Assembly (NCBI GenBank): GCA_030632085.1
Contig: DAOVJY010000001.1
Location: 335,402 to 399,401, forward strand
Direction of reading: 5' to 3'
DNA: 64,000 nucleotides
Origin: Candidatus Omnitrophota bacterium
GTDB taxonomy: Bacteria > Omnitrophota > Gorgyraeia > JAGLLT01
Positions 26,051 to 35,983 of this stretch are shown here, piece by piece. A program made the position numbers and the translations under genes. Each line of letters starts with the position of its first letter. Position 1 is the stretch's first letter. The notes under the pieces are model-generated. The model made no database searches. It was given only the letters and a program-made list of their open reading frames with translations, and had not been told where the DNA came from.

Positions 26051-28018
26051 TTATTCGTCCGGCAGTTTATTGCTGATATGGGTGCATTTGGGATAATTGG
26101 TGCATCCATAAAACATCCTGCCTCTTTTTGAACGGCGCTGAACAAGCCGTCCGTCACAGCCTTCCTCCGGACAAGCAACACCGCTATCCAGGGATTTGGC
26201 ATTTTTACACTTAGGAAAACCGGAACAACTCAAAAATTTACCATGACGAGACCACTTGATAACCATGGGCAGCCCGCATTTCTCACAAACTTCATCGGTC
26301 TTGATAACTTCTTTTTTGACATCCCGCATCTTAACCTTGGCTACATCTAAATCTTTGGCAAAAGGTGTATAAAATTTACTTAATAACTCTCGCCAGCCCA
26401 GGTCTCCCCGCTCAACCTTATCCAGCTCTTCTTCCATCTTAGCTGTAAACTTTTTATCCAAAACATCAGGGAAATTATCCATCAATAAATCATTGACTAA
26501 TATGCCTAATTCAGTCGGCGTAAGTGAGCGTTTCTGACGCTCAACATAATGCCGTATAATTAATGTCCTGATGGTCGGCGCGTACGTCGAAGGCCTGCCG
26601 ATACCTTCTTCTTCTAAAGCTTTAATCAGGCTGGCATCGGTATACCTGGCCGGCGGCTGGGTAAAGTGTTGTGAAGGTATTAGTTCTATTAAATTAAGCG
26701 TTTCGCCTTTTTCTATATCAGGCAAAAGCTTACTCTCTTCGTTTTGCTCATTATCCTTAAAAACTTTCATGTGGCCCTCAAAAATGATTTTTAAACCCGT
26801 GGCCTTAAAACTACAGTTATCCGCTTTAATGACAACTGAAGTCAGAGCCACTTGAGCTTCTTTCATACAGGCGGCCACAAATCTTTCCCAGATGAGCTTA
26901 TAAAGTAGAAATTGTTCTTTAGATAAATGTTTTTCAATGCTCTGCGGCGTACGCCAAACTGATGTCGGCCTGATGCTCTCATGGGCCTCTTGGGCGCTCT
27001 TTTTAGATTTATAAATCCTGAATTTTTCAGGTAAAAACTCCTTGCCGAAAGTCTTGGAAATATAATCACGCGCCTGCGTCTGAGCTACATTGGAAATAGC
27101 TACCGAGTCGGTTCTCATATAAGTAATTAAACCTGTGCTGCCCTCTTCATCCAAGCTAATACCTTCATAAAGCTTCTGAGCAATAATCATAGTTTTTGAA
27201 GCCGTATACCGTAAAGTATTAAATGCCGCTTGCTGAAGGCTGCTGGTTATAAAGGGTGGCTTAGGATTTCTTTTTTGAATCTTTTTGGTAACGCTTTCAA
27301 CTATAAAGTCAGTTGTTTTAAGCCTGGCGGTTAACTCTACTGCTGTTTTCTCATCTTTTATTTCGGCCTTCTCATTGTTTATCTTCTCTAATTTGGCATT
27401 GAAAGTCCTATTTTGATTTTCTTTTTTAGATAAGTCAGCTGTCAACTGCCAATATTCTTCTTTTATAAAAGCGTTTATTTCTCGCTCACGAACTACCAGG
27501 ATATTTAAAGCGGCTGATTGTACTCTACCGGCACTTAAACCCCGCCCGACCTTTTTCCAGAGAAGCGGACTTAGCTGATAACCAACTATCCTATCTAAAA
27601 TACGCCTGGCCTGCTGAGCATTAACTCTATTGATATTAATTTCACTTGAATGGTTAAAACCATCCAGAACAGTATCCTTACTCAACTCATTAAAAACCAC
27701 CCTTTTGATTATCGGGCCTTTTTTAATTATGTGGGCTATATGCCAGGCAATAGCTTCTCCTTCTCTATCGGGGTCGCAGGCCAAAAAGAGAATATCTTTA
27801 CCTTTGGCGCTTTTTTTGATTCGGGAGACGATCTTCGTTTTACCTGTAATTATCTTATACTCAGGTTCAAAACCATTTTCTATATCAACTCCTATTTGAC
27901 TTTTGGGAAGATCTCTAAGATGTCCCCCGCAAGCTTCAACTTCATAATCACTATTTAAAAACTTACTGATTGTCTTAACTTTTGTGGGTGACTCAACGAT
28001 CACTAGATATTTAGACAA
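26051..28018 (-). CDS. topA: DNA topoisomerase I
   Basis: IVESPTK, DPDREGEAI, SAGRVQS, ITYMRTDS, C-terminal Zn ribbons. Confidence 0.97.
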   Translation of the reverse strand: MSKYLVIVESPTKVKTISKFLNSDYEVEACGGHLRDLPKSQIGVDIENGFEPEYKIITGKTKIVSRIKKSAKGKDILFLACDPDREGEAIAWHIAHIIKKGPIIKRVVFNELSKDTVLDGFNHSSEININRVNAQQARRILDRIVGYQLSPLLWKKVGRGLSAGRVQSAALNILVVREREINAFIKEEYWQLTADLSKKENQNRTFNAKLEKINNEKAEIKDEKTAVELTARLKTTDFIVESVTKKIQKRNPKPPFITSSLQQAAFNTLRYTASKTMIIAQKLYEGISLDEEGSTGLITYMRTDSVAISNVAQTQARDYISKTFGKEFLPEKFRIYKSKKSAQEAHESIRPTSVWRTPQSIEKHLSKEQFLLYKLIWERFVAACMKEAQVALTSVVIKADNCSFKATGLKIIFEGHMKVFKDNEQNEESKLLPDIEKGETLNLIELIPSQHFTQPPARYTDASLIKALEEEGIGRPSTYAPTIRTLIIRHYVERQKRSLTPTELGILVNDLLMDNFPDVLDKKFTAKMEEELDKVERGDLGWRELLSKFYTPFAKDLDVAKVKMRDVKKEVIKTDEVCEKCGLPMVIKWSRHGKFLSCSGFPKCKNAKSLDSGVACPEEGCDGRLVQRRSKRGRMFYGCTNYPKCTHISNKLPDE

Positions 28019-28019
28019 C

Positions 28020-29165
28020 TTACTCTCCCGTATTAAGTTTCGTGAATTTACCGCCGGAAGTCTGCTCTATGATGCCTTTTACTTCAAGCGCTGTTAAATT
28101 ATCTTTAAGCCCTTCTTCTTTACCATTAAAGCAGGTAACCAGTTCTTGATAAGTTCTGGGTTGGAGGCTTATTAGTTCATATAGGCTCTCCCGCGTCACT
28201 TTAGATTGCGGCTCAAAAGAAGCCATATGCTTATCCTGGGTAATTGTCCCACTTTTTGGAACATATTGCAAATATTTTTTAACTTCGGGATTTAATTCCT
28301 CTATAACATCCTGGGCGCTTTGGATAAGAATAGCTCCTTGTTTTATGAGTTCATTCGTCCCTTGAGATGAGAAAAGCCCGGCTCTATGAGGTATGGCAAA
28401 AACATCCCTTCCTTGTTCCAGGGCCATATTAGCTGTAATTAGTGAACCGCTTTTCTTTCTGGCCTCAACAACCACCACTCCTAAAGATAAACCGCTGATA
28501 ATTCTGTTTCTTCGTGGAAAATTATACCTGTAAGGTGGACAGTTTAAGGGAAATTCGGAAATAACCGCTCCGTTTGAAGTCACTTCATTATAAAGCTTCT
28601 CATTTTCAGGCGGATATATCCTCAAAAGGCCGCTGCCCAAAATAGCCAATGTCCGTCCTTTGACAGAAAGGGCGCCCTGATGAGCCTGAGTATCTATGCC
28701 CCTGGCTAAACCGGAAACTATAGTAATGCCTTCTTTAGCTAAATTGATACTTATTGTGCGGGCCATTTTAAGGCCGTATTCTGAAGACTTGCGCGAACCA
28801 ACAACCGCTAAGGATAACTTGTCTGTTTCTAAATAGTAACCTTTAACATATAAAACAATAGGCGGATCGTGTATCTGCCTTAGTACGGAGGGATAAGCTT
28901 TATCCTGGATAGTAATGATATTAATTTTATGCTTATCTATTAAATTTAGTTCTTGTGGAAAAACCTTTGATGAAAGAAAGGATGATATTGTCCGGGCTGT
29001 TTTAAAATTTATACCTGAAACGCTCCTAAGTTCAACCGTAGAAGCTTTAAAAATGGCAGAGGGAATTTTATAATATTCAAGTAATTTTTGAACCTTTAAA
29101 GTGTTGAGGCCCTCAATCATATTTAAGGCAATTAAGTAATCTCTAGACTCCATTATCCGCTTCAA
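28020..29165 (-). CDS. dprA: DNA-processing protein DprA
   Basis: AVVGSR, VSGLARGIDT.AH, FPRRNRIISGLS, SGSLITA; start may be 29153. Confidence 0.95.
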   Translation of the reverse strand: MKRIMESRDYLIALNMIEGLNTLKVQKLLEYYKIPSAIFKASTVELRSVSGINFKTARTISSFLSSKVFPQELNLIDKHKINIITIQDKAYPSVLRQIHDPPIVLYVKGYYLETDKLSLAVVGSRKSSEYGLKMARTISINLAKEGITIVSGLARGIDTQAHQGALSVKGRTLAILGSGLLRIYPPENEKLYNEVTSNGAVISEFPLNCPPYRYNFPRRNRIISGLSLGVVVVEARKKSGSLITANMALEQGRDVFAIPHRAGLFSSQGTNELIKQGAILIQSAQDVIEELNPEVKKYLQYVPKSGTITQDKHMASFEPQSKVTRESLYELISLQPRTYQELVTCFNGKEEGLKDNLTALEVKGIIEQTSGGKFTKLNTGE

Positions 29166-29658
29166 AAAAATGATTTATGACCTCTTCGGCCACTTGTTTT
29201 ATAGAAAGTTTGCCGGTCTCAATTACGTAATCAGCCTTTTTGTAAAAAGGTTTTCTTTTTTTTAATAACTCTTCTATTTCTATTTGGGGGTTGTCTACGT
29301 TTAAAAGCGGGCGGTGCTTCTGGTCTTTTATTCTTTGGTAAATTACTTCAGGCTCCGCCTTAAGGCAAATTAACAGCCCCGAATCTTTCATGAGCCTGAT
29401 ATTTTCTTTATCAATAACCACTCCCCCTCCGCAGGACACCACCTGATTATCATCAAGCCCAATTTCTCTTATGGCTTCTTTTTCTGTTTTTCTGAAATAG
29501 TCCTCACCGCTGTTTTTAAATATATCGTTTATACTGCGGCCCTCTTTTTTTTCAATAAGCTCATCTATTTCGACATATTTTAAATTAGTAGTTTCGGATA
29601 TCTCCTTAGCTACGGCTGTTTTGCCGCTACCCATAAAACCCACTATATATAAATTCAT
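29143..29658 (-). CDS. aroK: Shikimate kinase
   Basis: GFMGSGKT, GEDYFR..E, CGGG, RPLL. Confidence 0.95.
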   Translation of the reverse strand: MNLYIVGFMGSGKTAVAKEISETTNLKYVEIDELIEKKEGRSINDIFKNSGEDYFRKTEKEAIREIGLDDNQVVSCGGGVVIDKENIRLMKDSGLLICLKAEPEVIYQRIKDQKHRPLLNVDNPQIEIEELLKKRKPFYKKADYVIETGKLSIKQVAEEVINHFFEADNGV

Positions 29659-30786
29659 TTAAAAACCTTTGATTTGTTCTATATAAGATTTATGGTTTCT
29701 CGTTGTTTCACCTACCGAGTCACCTCCGAATTTCTCAAGAAACAGCCTGGCTAATTCAAAAGCTACCGCTGCCTCGGCAACTACAGACGCGGCCGGTACC
29801 GCCGTTATGTCGGATCGTTCTACCTGAGCTTTAAACTTTTCTTTGCTTTTTATATCAACCGATTCCAGTGCTTTTTTCAAAGTGGGTATAGGCTTCATGG
29901 CACAACGCATAATAATCGGCTCCCCGTTAGACATACCGCCTTCTATGCCCCCGGCGTTATTCGATTTGCGAAAAAAACCATTCTTCTTATTATAGAAAAT
30001 CTCATCATGAACCCGTGAACCCGCTTTTTTCGCGACTTCAAAACCAAGGCCCACTTCTACTCCTTTTATGGCCTGAATTGACATAAGAGCGCCGGCTAAT
30101 ATGGCATCTAATTTTCTGTCATAATGCGTAAAGGAACCTACTCCGGGGCAGACTCCGCTTATAATAACTTCAAAGACACCGCCTAAAGTATCCCCTTCAT
30201 GTTCAATTTTACTTATTTCTTCCTTCATTAATTTTTCCGCGGTTTTATCCGCGCAGCGTAACTCGGAATTTTCCGCTTTCCGGATTATGTCTTCCAACTG
30301 CAGGCCTTTTGTGTGGGCATCCACACCGCCTAAAGCGATTACGTGCGAAACAACCCCTACCTGAAAATGACTTAAAAATGTCTTAGCTATAGCTCCAACC
30401 GCCGTTCTTATGGCCGTTTCTCTCGCTGAGGCTCTTTCAAGTATATTACGAATATCATCCTGATTATATTTAAGCGCTCCGGCTAAATCAGCATGGCCCG
30501 GCCTGGGTTTAGATATAGCGCAAAGTTTATCTAAAGAGCAATCTTTATTTTTAATCGTCAATGCTAAGGGGCTTCCCAAGGTAAAGCTGTTACGAATACC
30601 GGATAAAAATTCAACCTTATCATTTTCTATACCTTTAGAGCGGGGGCCTCTGCCGTAACCGGCTTGTCTTCTTTTTAATTCACCATTAATAAACTCTTCG
30701 TCTAGTTTAAGGCCTGAAGGCAGGCCTTCAATAATAGCCGAAAGGCATTTTCCGTGAGATTCTCCCGCGCTTAAATATCTTAACAT
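29659..30786 (-). CDS. aroC: Chorismate synthase
   Basis: AGESHG, RPGHAD, ERASARET, MKPIPTL. Confidence 0.97.
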   Translation of the reverse strand: MLRYLSAGESHGKCLSAIIEGLPSGLKLDEEFINGELKRRQAGYGRGPRSKGIENDKVEFLSGIRNSFTLGSPLALTIKNKDCSLDKLCAISKPRPGHADLAGALKYNQDDIRNILERASARETAIRTAVGAIAKTFLSHFQVGVVSHVIALGGVDAHTKGLQLEDIIRKAENSELRCADKTAEKLMKEEISKIEHEGDTLGGVFEVIISGVCPGVGSFTHYDRKLDAILAGALMSIQAIKGVEVGLGFEVAKKAGSRVHDEIFYNKKNGFFRKSNNAGGIEGGMSNGEPIIMRCAMKPIPTLKKALESVDIKSKEKFKAQVERSDITAVPAASVVAEAAVAFELARLFLEKFGGDSVGETTRNHKSYIEQIKGF

Positions 30787-30818
30787 AACAACCTCCTAAA
30801 AAATTCCATTTAACTTTT

Positions 30819-31691
30819 TTAAAATCCCGATATCCCGTATAAATAATTGGAAACAGCCGCTACAATCTGATCCTGCCAGATAAAAACCACTAAAGCTGCC
30901 GCTGAAAGAAAAGGCCCATAAGGAATAATATGGTCCTTTTTAGTTACAAGGATAACAAGCCCGATTATCGAACCTAAAAAGGGCGCTGCAATAAAAGTAA
31001 TCAAAACTCCTTGAATACCTAAAAAAGAACCGATTAAAGCCATCAAGGTTACATCGCCTAACCCCATGCAGCTCGCCTCTTCCTCATTATCAAACTTCTT
31101 CAGCAAATAAAAAACCTTACCTCTTTTTTTGTAAATAGTCGCAACTACATCAAAAAGGATAAAATTAAAAATTATAATAACTAAATAAACCAGGCCCCCT
31201 CCAAAGATAGCACCGGCAAGTGAGCTGATAATAGGTTTTTGTAAAATATCCCCGCAGAAACCTATGCTTTGGCCGGCTTTAATCACAAAAATAAGAAGTA
31301 AGGCACCCACGGATACGCTGTCAGGAATAAATTGATATTTAATATCAATAAACGACGCAACTATCAAGCTTGAGAAAAATATCATTCCCAGGAGAAAGTC
31401 CAAACCTAAGCCGCAACACCAAAAAAGATAAACAGCTAAAACCCCGCTTATTAATTCCACCAGCAGGTTTCCTATGGAAATAGGTTTTTTGCAATACCGG
31501 CATTTACCCTTTAAAAGGATAAAACTTATAATGGGAATATTATCAAACCATTTCAACGGCTTATTACAGCTGGTGCAATGTGAAGCCGGCCGTATTATAG
31601 ATTCATCTTTGGGTAACCTGTAAATACAGACCCCCAAAAAACTGCCTAAAATTAATCCAAAAATTGAAACTACAATATATGCCAATATCAT
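30819..31691 (-). CDS. pilD: Prepilin peptidase / N-methyltransferase
   Basis: GSFL.VCIYRLP, two CxxC pairs, FID..IPD, MGLGDV.L, IPYGPFL. Confidence 0.92.
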   Translation of the reverse strand: MILAYIVVSIFGLILGSFLGVCIYRLPKDESIIRPASHCTSCNKPLKWFDNIPIISFILLKGKCRYCKKPISIGNLLVELISGVLAVYLFWCCGLGLDFLLGMIFFSSLIVASFIDIKYQFIPDSVSVGALLLIFVIKAGQSIGFCGDILQKPIISSLAGAIFGGGLVYLVIIIFNFILFDVVATIYKKRGKVFYLLKKFDNEEEASCMGLGDVTLMALIGSFLGIQGVLITFIAAPFLGSIIGLVILVTKKDHIIPYGPFLSAAALVVFIWQDQIVAAVSNYLYGISGF

Positions 31692-31732
31692 TTTATTCTC
31701 TTAAATTTTATTTCTATCTTTACACTTTTTAC

Positions 31733-32608
31733 TTAAAGCCCACTTTCTAAAAAACTACTTAAGGCCTGTTTATAGATTTTTATAGAAGGTTTTTTATTAG
31801 TCCATATCTTAAAAGCTCTGAGGCCCTGATATAAAAGCAAACCTTCTCCGTTTAAAACTTTAAGGCCTCTTTTTTTAGCTGCCTTTAATAAAACAGGCAC
31901 TTTGGGATTGTAAATTAAATCACAAACTAAGGTTCGTTTATTTAAAAGTTCTACATCAATTACCGCGGCATCTTTCTTCCTAAGGCCAACTCCCGTCGCG
32001 TTAATAAATAAATGCGCATCTGATAAGAAAATTCCGGTTTTCTTTTTATCCCTTAAGTGAATTGCTATTACATTCAATTTGGGATAATATTTCCTTAAGG
32101 ATAAAGCTAAACCAAAAGCCTGTTTATCCTTAATATCCTGGATATAAATTACTTTAGGTTTCTTTTGGGCCAATGAAAAAGCTATAGCCCTGGCTGCCCC
32201 ACCGGCACCCATAATAAAAATAGATTTATTTTTTACATCAAATGCCGCGTCAAACTTAAGCGAATCAATAAAGCCGTCAGCGTCAGTATTATAGCCGACT
32301 AATTTCCCGTTTCTATTTATAACGGTATTAACCGCTCCTATATTTTTGGCTTGCCGGTCTATTTTATCCAGATATTTCATGCAGGTTTGCTTATGAGGAA
32401 TGGTAATATTAACCCCGGCTATATTAAGAGCCCTTATAGAAGCCAAAGCTTCTTTCAGATAATTCGTTTTGACATCCAAAGCTATATAACAGGCATTAAT
32501 ATTCAAGGCCTTAAAAGCCGCGTTATGCATCGCGCACGAGGCGGTATGTTCTACCGGATGGCCCAGTAAAGCATAAATTTTACTATGTCCGTCTATTTTT
32601 AATTTCAT
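31733..32608 (-). CDS. aroE: Shikimate dehydrogenase
   Basis: G.PV.H..S..MHN, NITIPHK, GAVNT, NTD..G, GAGGAA. Confidence 0.95.
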   Translation of the reverse strand: MKLKIDGHSKIYALLGHPVEHTASCAMHNAAFKALNINACYIALDVKTNYLKEALASIRALNIAGVNITIPHKQTCMKYLDKIDRQAKNIGAVNTVINRNGKLVGYNTDADGFIDSLKFDAAFDVKNKSIFIMGAGGAARAIAFSLAQKKPKVIYIQDIKDKQAFGLALSLRKYYPKLNVIAIHLRDKKKTGIFLSDAHLFINATGVGLRKKDAAVIDVELLNKRTLVCDLIYNPKVPVLLKAAKKRGLKVLNGEGLLLYQGLRAFKIWTNKKPSIKIYKQALSSFLESGL

Positions 32609-32626
32609 ATATTTTATTCTAAGGTT

Positions 32627-34141
32627 TTATTTCTTTTTACCGGAAAAAAGAACTTTGTTTATAGCATTAATATATGCTTTAGCACTTGCTTCAAAAATAT
32701 CGGTACTTGAACTCTTGGCAACTATTTCCCGGTTTTTAAACCTTACTTTTATAACCACTTCTCCTAAAGCATCTTTGCCCCGAGTAACAGATTCCAAGGC
32801 ATAACTTATTAATTTACCTTTTGATTTTACTATTTGGTCAATAGCTTTATAGCAAGCATCCACCGGGCCGTCGCCTGTCGCTTGAGCCTCGTAAATTTTT
32901 CCTTTGGACTTAATTTTGACATTGGCCATAGGCGCTTTATCCGTTTCAGAAACCACTTTAATATTTAATAACTGCCATATCTGAGGCGTCTGGGTTATCT
33001 CACCTTCAATGATGCTCCGCAAATCTTCATCATAGACTTCTTTTTTCTTATTGGCTAATTGCATAAATTTCTCAAAAGCGTCCTGTAATTCTGTTTTATC
33101 CAAGTCAAAACCCAACTGCTGCAAGCGAACCTTAAAAGCATGTCTGCCGGAATGACGGCCTAAGACTAATTTACTTTCTTTAAAACCCACATCTTCAGGT
33201 TTCATGATTTCATAGGTGCTTCTTTCTTTTATGACACCATCTTGATGTATTCCCGACTCATGACTAAAGGCGTTATCACCTATAATAGCTTTATTAGGCT
33301 GCATCTTAATACCCATTAGATGACTTATTAAACGCGAACTTTTATATAACTCTCTGGTTTTAACAGATGTCTTAACTTTATAAAAATCTCTCCGCGTCTT
33401 AATGGCCATAACCACCTCTTCCAGGGGAGCACTACCGGCTCTCTCGCCGATACCGTTAATGGTACACTCTATCTGCCTGGCACCGTTTACCACGGCAGCT
33501 AATGAATTAGCCGTAGCCATTCCTAAATCATCATGGCAGTGCGTACTGATAACAGCCTTATTAATATTAGGCACATTATCTAATAAAAACTTAATCACCT
33601 TGCCATAATCCTCCGGAGTGGCATAACCAACAGTATCAGGAATATTCACAGTTGTAGCCCCTGCATCAATTACCGCCTCGACAACCTGAATCAAAAACTC
33701 CAAGTCTGTCCTGCTGGCATCTTCCGGTGAAAATTCTATATCGGCTACTTTACGCTTGGCATATTTAACAGCGTCGACAGCCAGTTTTAATATTTCATCC
33801 TGAGCTTTTTTTAACTTATACTGCATATGTATTTTGGAAGTAGCCAAAAAAACATGGATGCGTTTTCTCTTGGCCCGCCTAGTAGATTTATAAGCCGCGT
33901 CTATATCTTCTTTTTTGGCCCTGGCCAACGCGCAGATTATTGGTTTCTTGATTTCTGAAGCAATAGTTTTTACCGCTTTAAAGTCAAGGTCCGAGGAAAT
34001 CGGAAAACCCGCTTCAATTACATCCACGTTTAAACGCTCCAATTGATGAGCCACTTGTATCTTCTGCCTTAAATCAAGACTGGCCCCGGGAGCTTGTTCT
34101 CCGTCTCTTAATGTTGTATCGAAAATTATTACTTTATCCAT
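32627..34141 (-). CDS. leuA: 2-isopropylmalate synthase
   Basis: DTTLRDGEQ, HCHDDLG, GIGERAG, HESGIHQDG, regulatory domain GDGPVDA. Confidence 0.96.
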   Translation of the reverse strand: MDKVIIFDTTLRDGEQAPGASLDLRQKIQVAHQLERLNVDVIEAGFPISSDLDFKAVKTIASEIKKPIICALARAKKEDIDAAYKSTRRAKRKRIHVFLATSKIHMQYKLKKAQDEILKLAVDAVKYAKRKVADIEFSPEDASRTDLEFLIQVVEAVIDAGATTVNIPDTVGYATPEDYGKVIKFLLDNVPNINKAVISTHCHDDLGMATANSLAAVVNGARQIECTINGIGERAGSAPLEEVVMAIKTRRDFYKVKTSVKTRELYKSSRLISHLMGIKMQPNKAIIGDNAFSHESGIHQDGVIKERSTYEIMKPEDVGFKESKLVLGRHSGRHAFKVRLQQLGFDLDKTELQDAFEKFMQLANKKKEVYDEDLRSIIEGEITQTPQIWQLLNIKVVSETDKAPMANVKIKSKGKIYEAQATGDGPVDACYKAIDQIVKSKGKLISYALESVTRGKDALGEVVIKVRFKNREIVAKSSSTDIFEASAKAYINAINKVLFSGKKK

Positions 34142-34194
34142 TTTCTTTCTTACTTAACAGGAACATATTGTTAAAATTATTCAATTTTAGATCA

Positions 34195-34465
34195 CCAATA
34201 TTCAAACAATTTCCAATAACCAAGATGCAAGATATGCCCTTTCGGGCACAGGCAAACAATTTCCAAATTTCAATATCCAATAACCAAACAGTTGCTTTTG
34301 TCTTAGGCTGGTTATTTTATTATCTCATCATTCTTGTTTGGTTATTTTAATTTGGTCATTGATTATTATTTGGTTATTGTATCTTGTTTCTTGTATCTTG
34401 ATTTCAAAAACTCTATGAACCAAGAACCAAATTACACCCTAACGGGCACAAACAAACAATATTTA
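34195..34465. repeat. Heptamer (CAA-N4)n inverted-repeat element with nested GC hairpins
   Basis: Left arm CAATAAC CAAGATG CAAGATA...CAATATC CAATAAC CAAACA; right arm TGTTTG GTTATTT...TATCTTG TTTCTTG TATCTTG; hairpin TGCCC-TTTC-GGGCA at 34235-34248 and a variant near 34435-34449. Confidence 0.7.
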
Positions 34466-34475
34466 AGTTAAATAC

Positions 34476-35468
34476 TTATTTACTTATCCAACTCATCATA
34501 CCTCTGAGTTTCTTACCAATAACTTCCAGAGGATGTTTTAAGTCCCTTTTTCTCAATTTGGTAAATACGGGCCTTTTCTTTTCGTTTTCCCGCATCCATT
34601 CTTTAGCGAATTTACCACTTTGGATATCCTTAAGTATTTTCTCCATTCTTTTTCTTACCGCTTTATCAATAACTACCGGGCCTCGGCTTAAATCTCCGTA
34701 TTCAGCCGTATCAGAAATAATCTGTCTCATACCGGCTAAACCTGATTTATAAATAAGGTCGGTAATTAATTTCAATTCATGACAACATTCAAAATAAGCT
34801 ATCTCCGGCTGATAACCGGCTTTAATTAACGTATCAAATCCGGCCTTGATTAGCTCGGTAACTCCGCCGCAGAGAACAGCCTGTTCACCGAAGAGGTCGG
34901 TTTCCGTTTCCTCTTTAAAAGTTGTCTCAATAACACCGGCTCTGGTACCACCGATACCCTTGGCATAGGCTAGAGCCTTATTAAGAGCTTTTCCGGAATA
35001 TTCTTGAAAAACGGCTACTAAGCAGGGAACACCCATGCCTTTTTCATACATTTCTCTAACCAGAGTTCCGGGGCCCTTAGGGGCCACCATAAAGACATCA
35101 ACATATTTTGGCGGCTTAATCTGCTTAAAATGAATGTTAAATCCGTGTGAAAAAACAAGTGCCTTGCCCTCTGTCAAATTGGGTTCAACGCTGTCGCGAT
35201 AAACCATACCCTGAACATGATCCTGAGTTAAAATCTGGATTATATCAGCTTTTTGCGCTGCTTCTTTGGCTGAGACGGGCTTGAACCTGTCTTTTTGAGC
35301 CTGCTTCCAGTTAGCACTTCCTTTAAGATCGCTGACAATAACTTTCAAGCCGCTGTCTCTTAAGTTAAGGCTTTGAGCGCGGCCTTGAGCGCCATAACCT
35401 ATAACGGCAATAGTCATACCTTTTAATTCTTTTAAGTTCGCGTCTTTCTCTTTGTAAACCTTAGCCAT
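34476..35468 (-). CDS. ilvC: Ketol-acid reductoisomerase
   Basis: [37 protein letters not shown]. Confidence 0.97.
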   Translation of the reverse strand: MAKVYKEKDANLKELKGMTIAVIGYGAQGRAQSLNLRDSGLKVIVSDLKGSANWKQAQKDRFKPVSAKEAAQKADIIQILTQDHVQGMVYRDSVEPNLTEGKALVFSHGFNIHFKQIKPPKYVDVFMVAPKGPGTLVREMYEKGMGVPCLVAVFQEYSGKALNKALAYAKGIGGTRAGVIETTFKEETETDLFGEQAVLCGGVTELIKAGFDTLIKAGYQPEIAYFECCHELKLITDLIYKSGLAGMRQIISDTAEYGDLSRGPVVIDKAVRKRMEKILKDIQSGKFAKEWMRENEKKRPVFTKLRKRDLKHPLEVIGKKLRGMMSWISK

Positions 35469-35487
35469 TCCGTTTCTCCCTGAAATG

Positions 35488-35979
35488 TTATTTTTCTTTA
35501 GCTATAGCTAATTTTCCGGTTCTAGTCATTTCTCTTAATTTGTAATTTGATATTTCTTTAAATAACTTTTCCACCTGAGAGCTATCTCCGCAAAATTCAA
35601 CCGAAAGAGTCTCATTTTTTTCATCAAAAACCTTGGCCTTATTCTTTCTTAAAACCTCTTTAATTTTCTTAAGATTAGCAGAGCTGACTTTAACTTTAAA
35701 AAGTACCAGTTCCCTGTCGACAAACCCTTTTTTAGTAAGGTCATCAACCCTGATAACATCAATCAGACGATTAAGCTGTTTGTCTACCTGCTCAAGCGTC
35801 CTGTCATCTCCGGTAACTACTATTGTCATGCGGGACATCGAGGAGTCTTCAGTCTCTCCAACTGTCAGAGAATCAATATTAAAACCTCTGGCTGAAAACA
35901 AACTGGATATATGAGCTAAAACCCCAAATCTATTTTCAACTAAAACAGAAATAATATGTTTTTTAAACTTATCGGACAT
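35488..35979 (-). CDS. ilvN: Acetolactate synthase small subunit
   Basis: ACT domain [25 protein letters not shown]; RTG. Confidence 0.93.
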   Translation of the reverse strand: MSDKFKKHIISVLVENRFGVLAHISSLFSARGFNIDSLTVGETEDSSMSRMTIVVTGDDRTLEQVDKQLNRLIDVIRVDDLTKKGFVDRELVLFKVKVSSANLKKIKEVLRKNKAKVFDEKNETLSVEFCGDSSQVEKLFKEISNYKLREMTRTGKLAIAKEK

Positions 35980-35983
35980 AATT

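Noticed and set aside
34142-34475. CRISPR array, or the 79-aa ORF 34111-34350
   Set aside because: The repeats are degenerate 7-mers without unique spacers and there are no cas genes; the ORF is a translation of the repeat.
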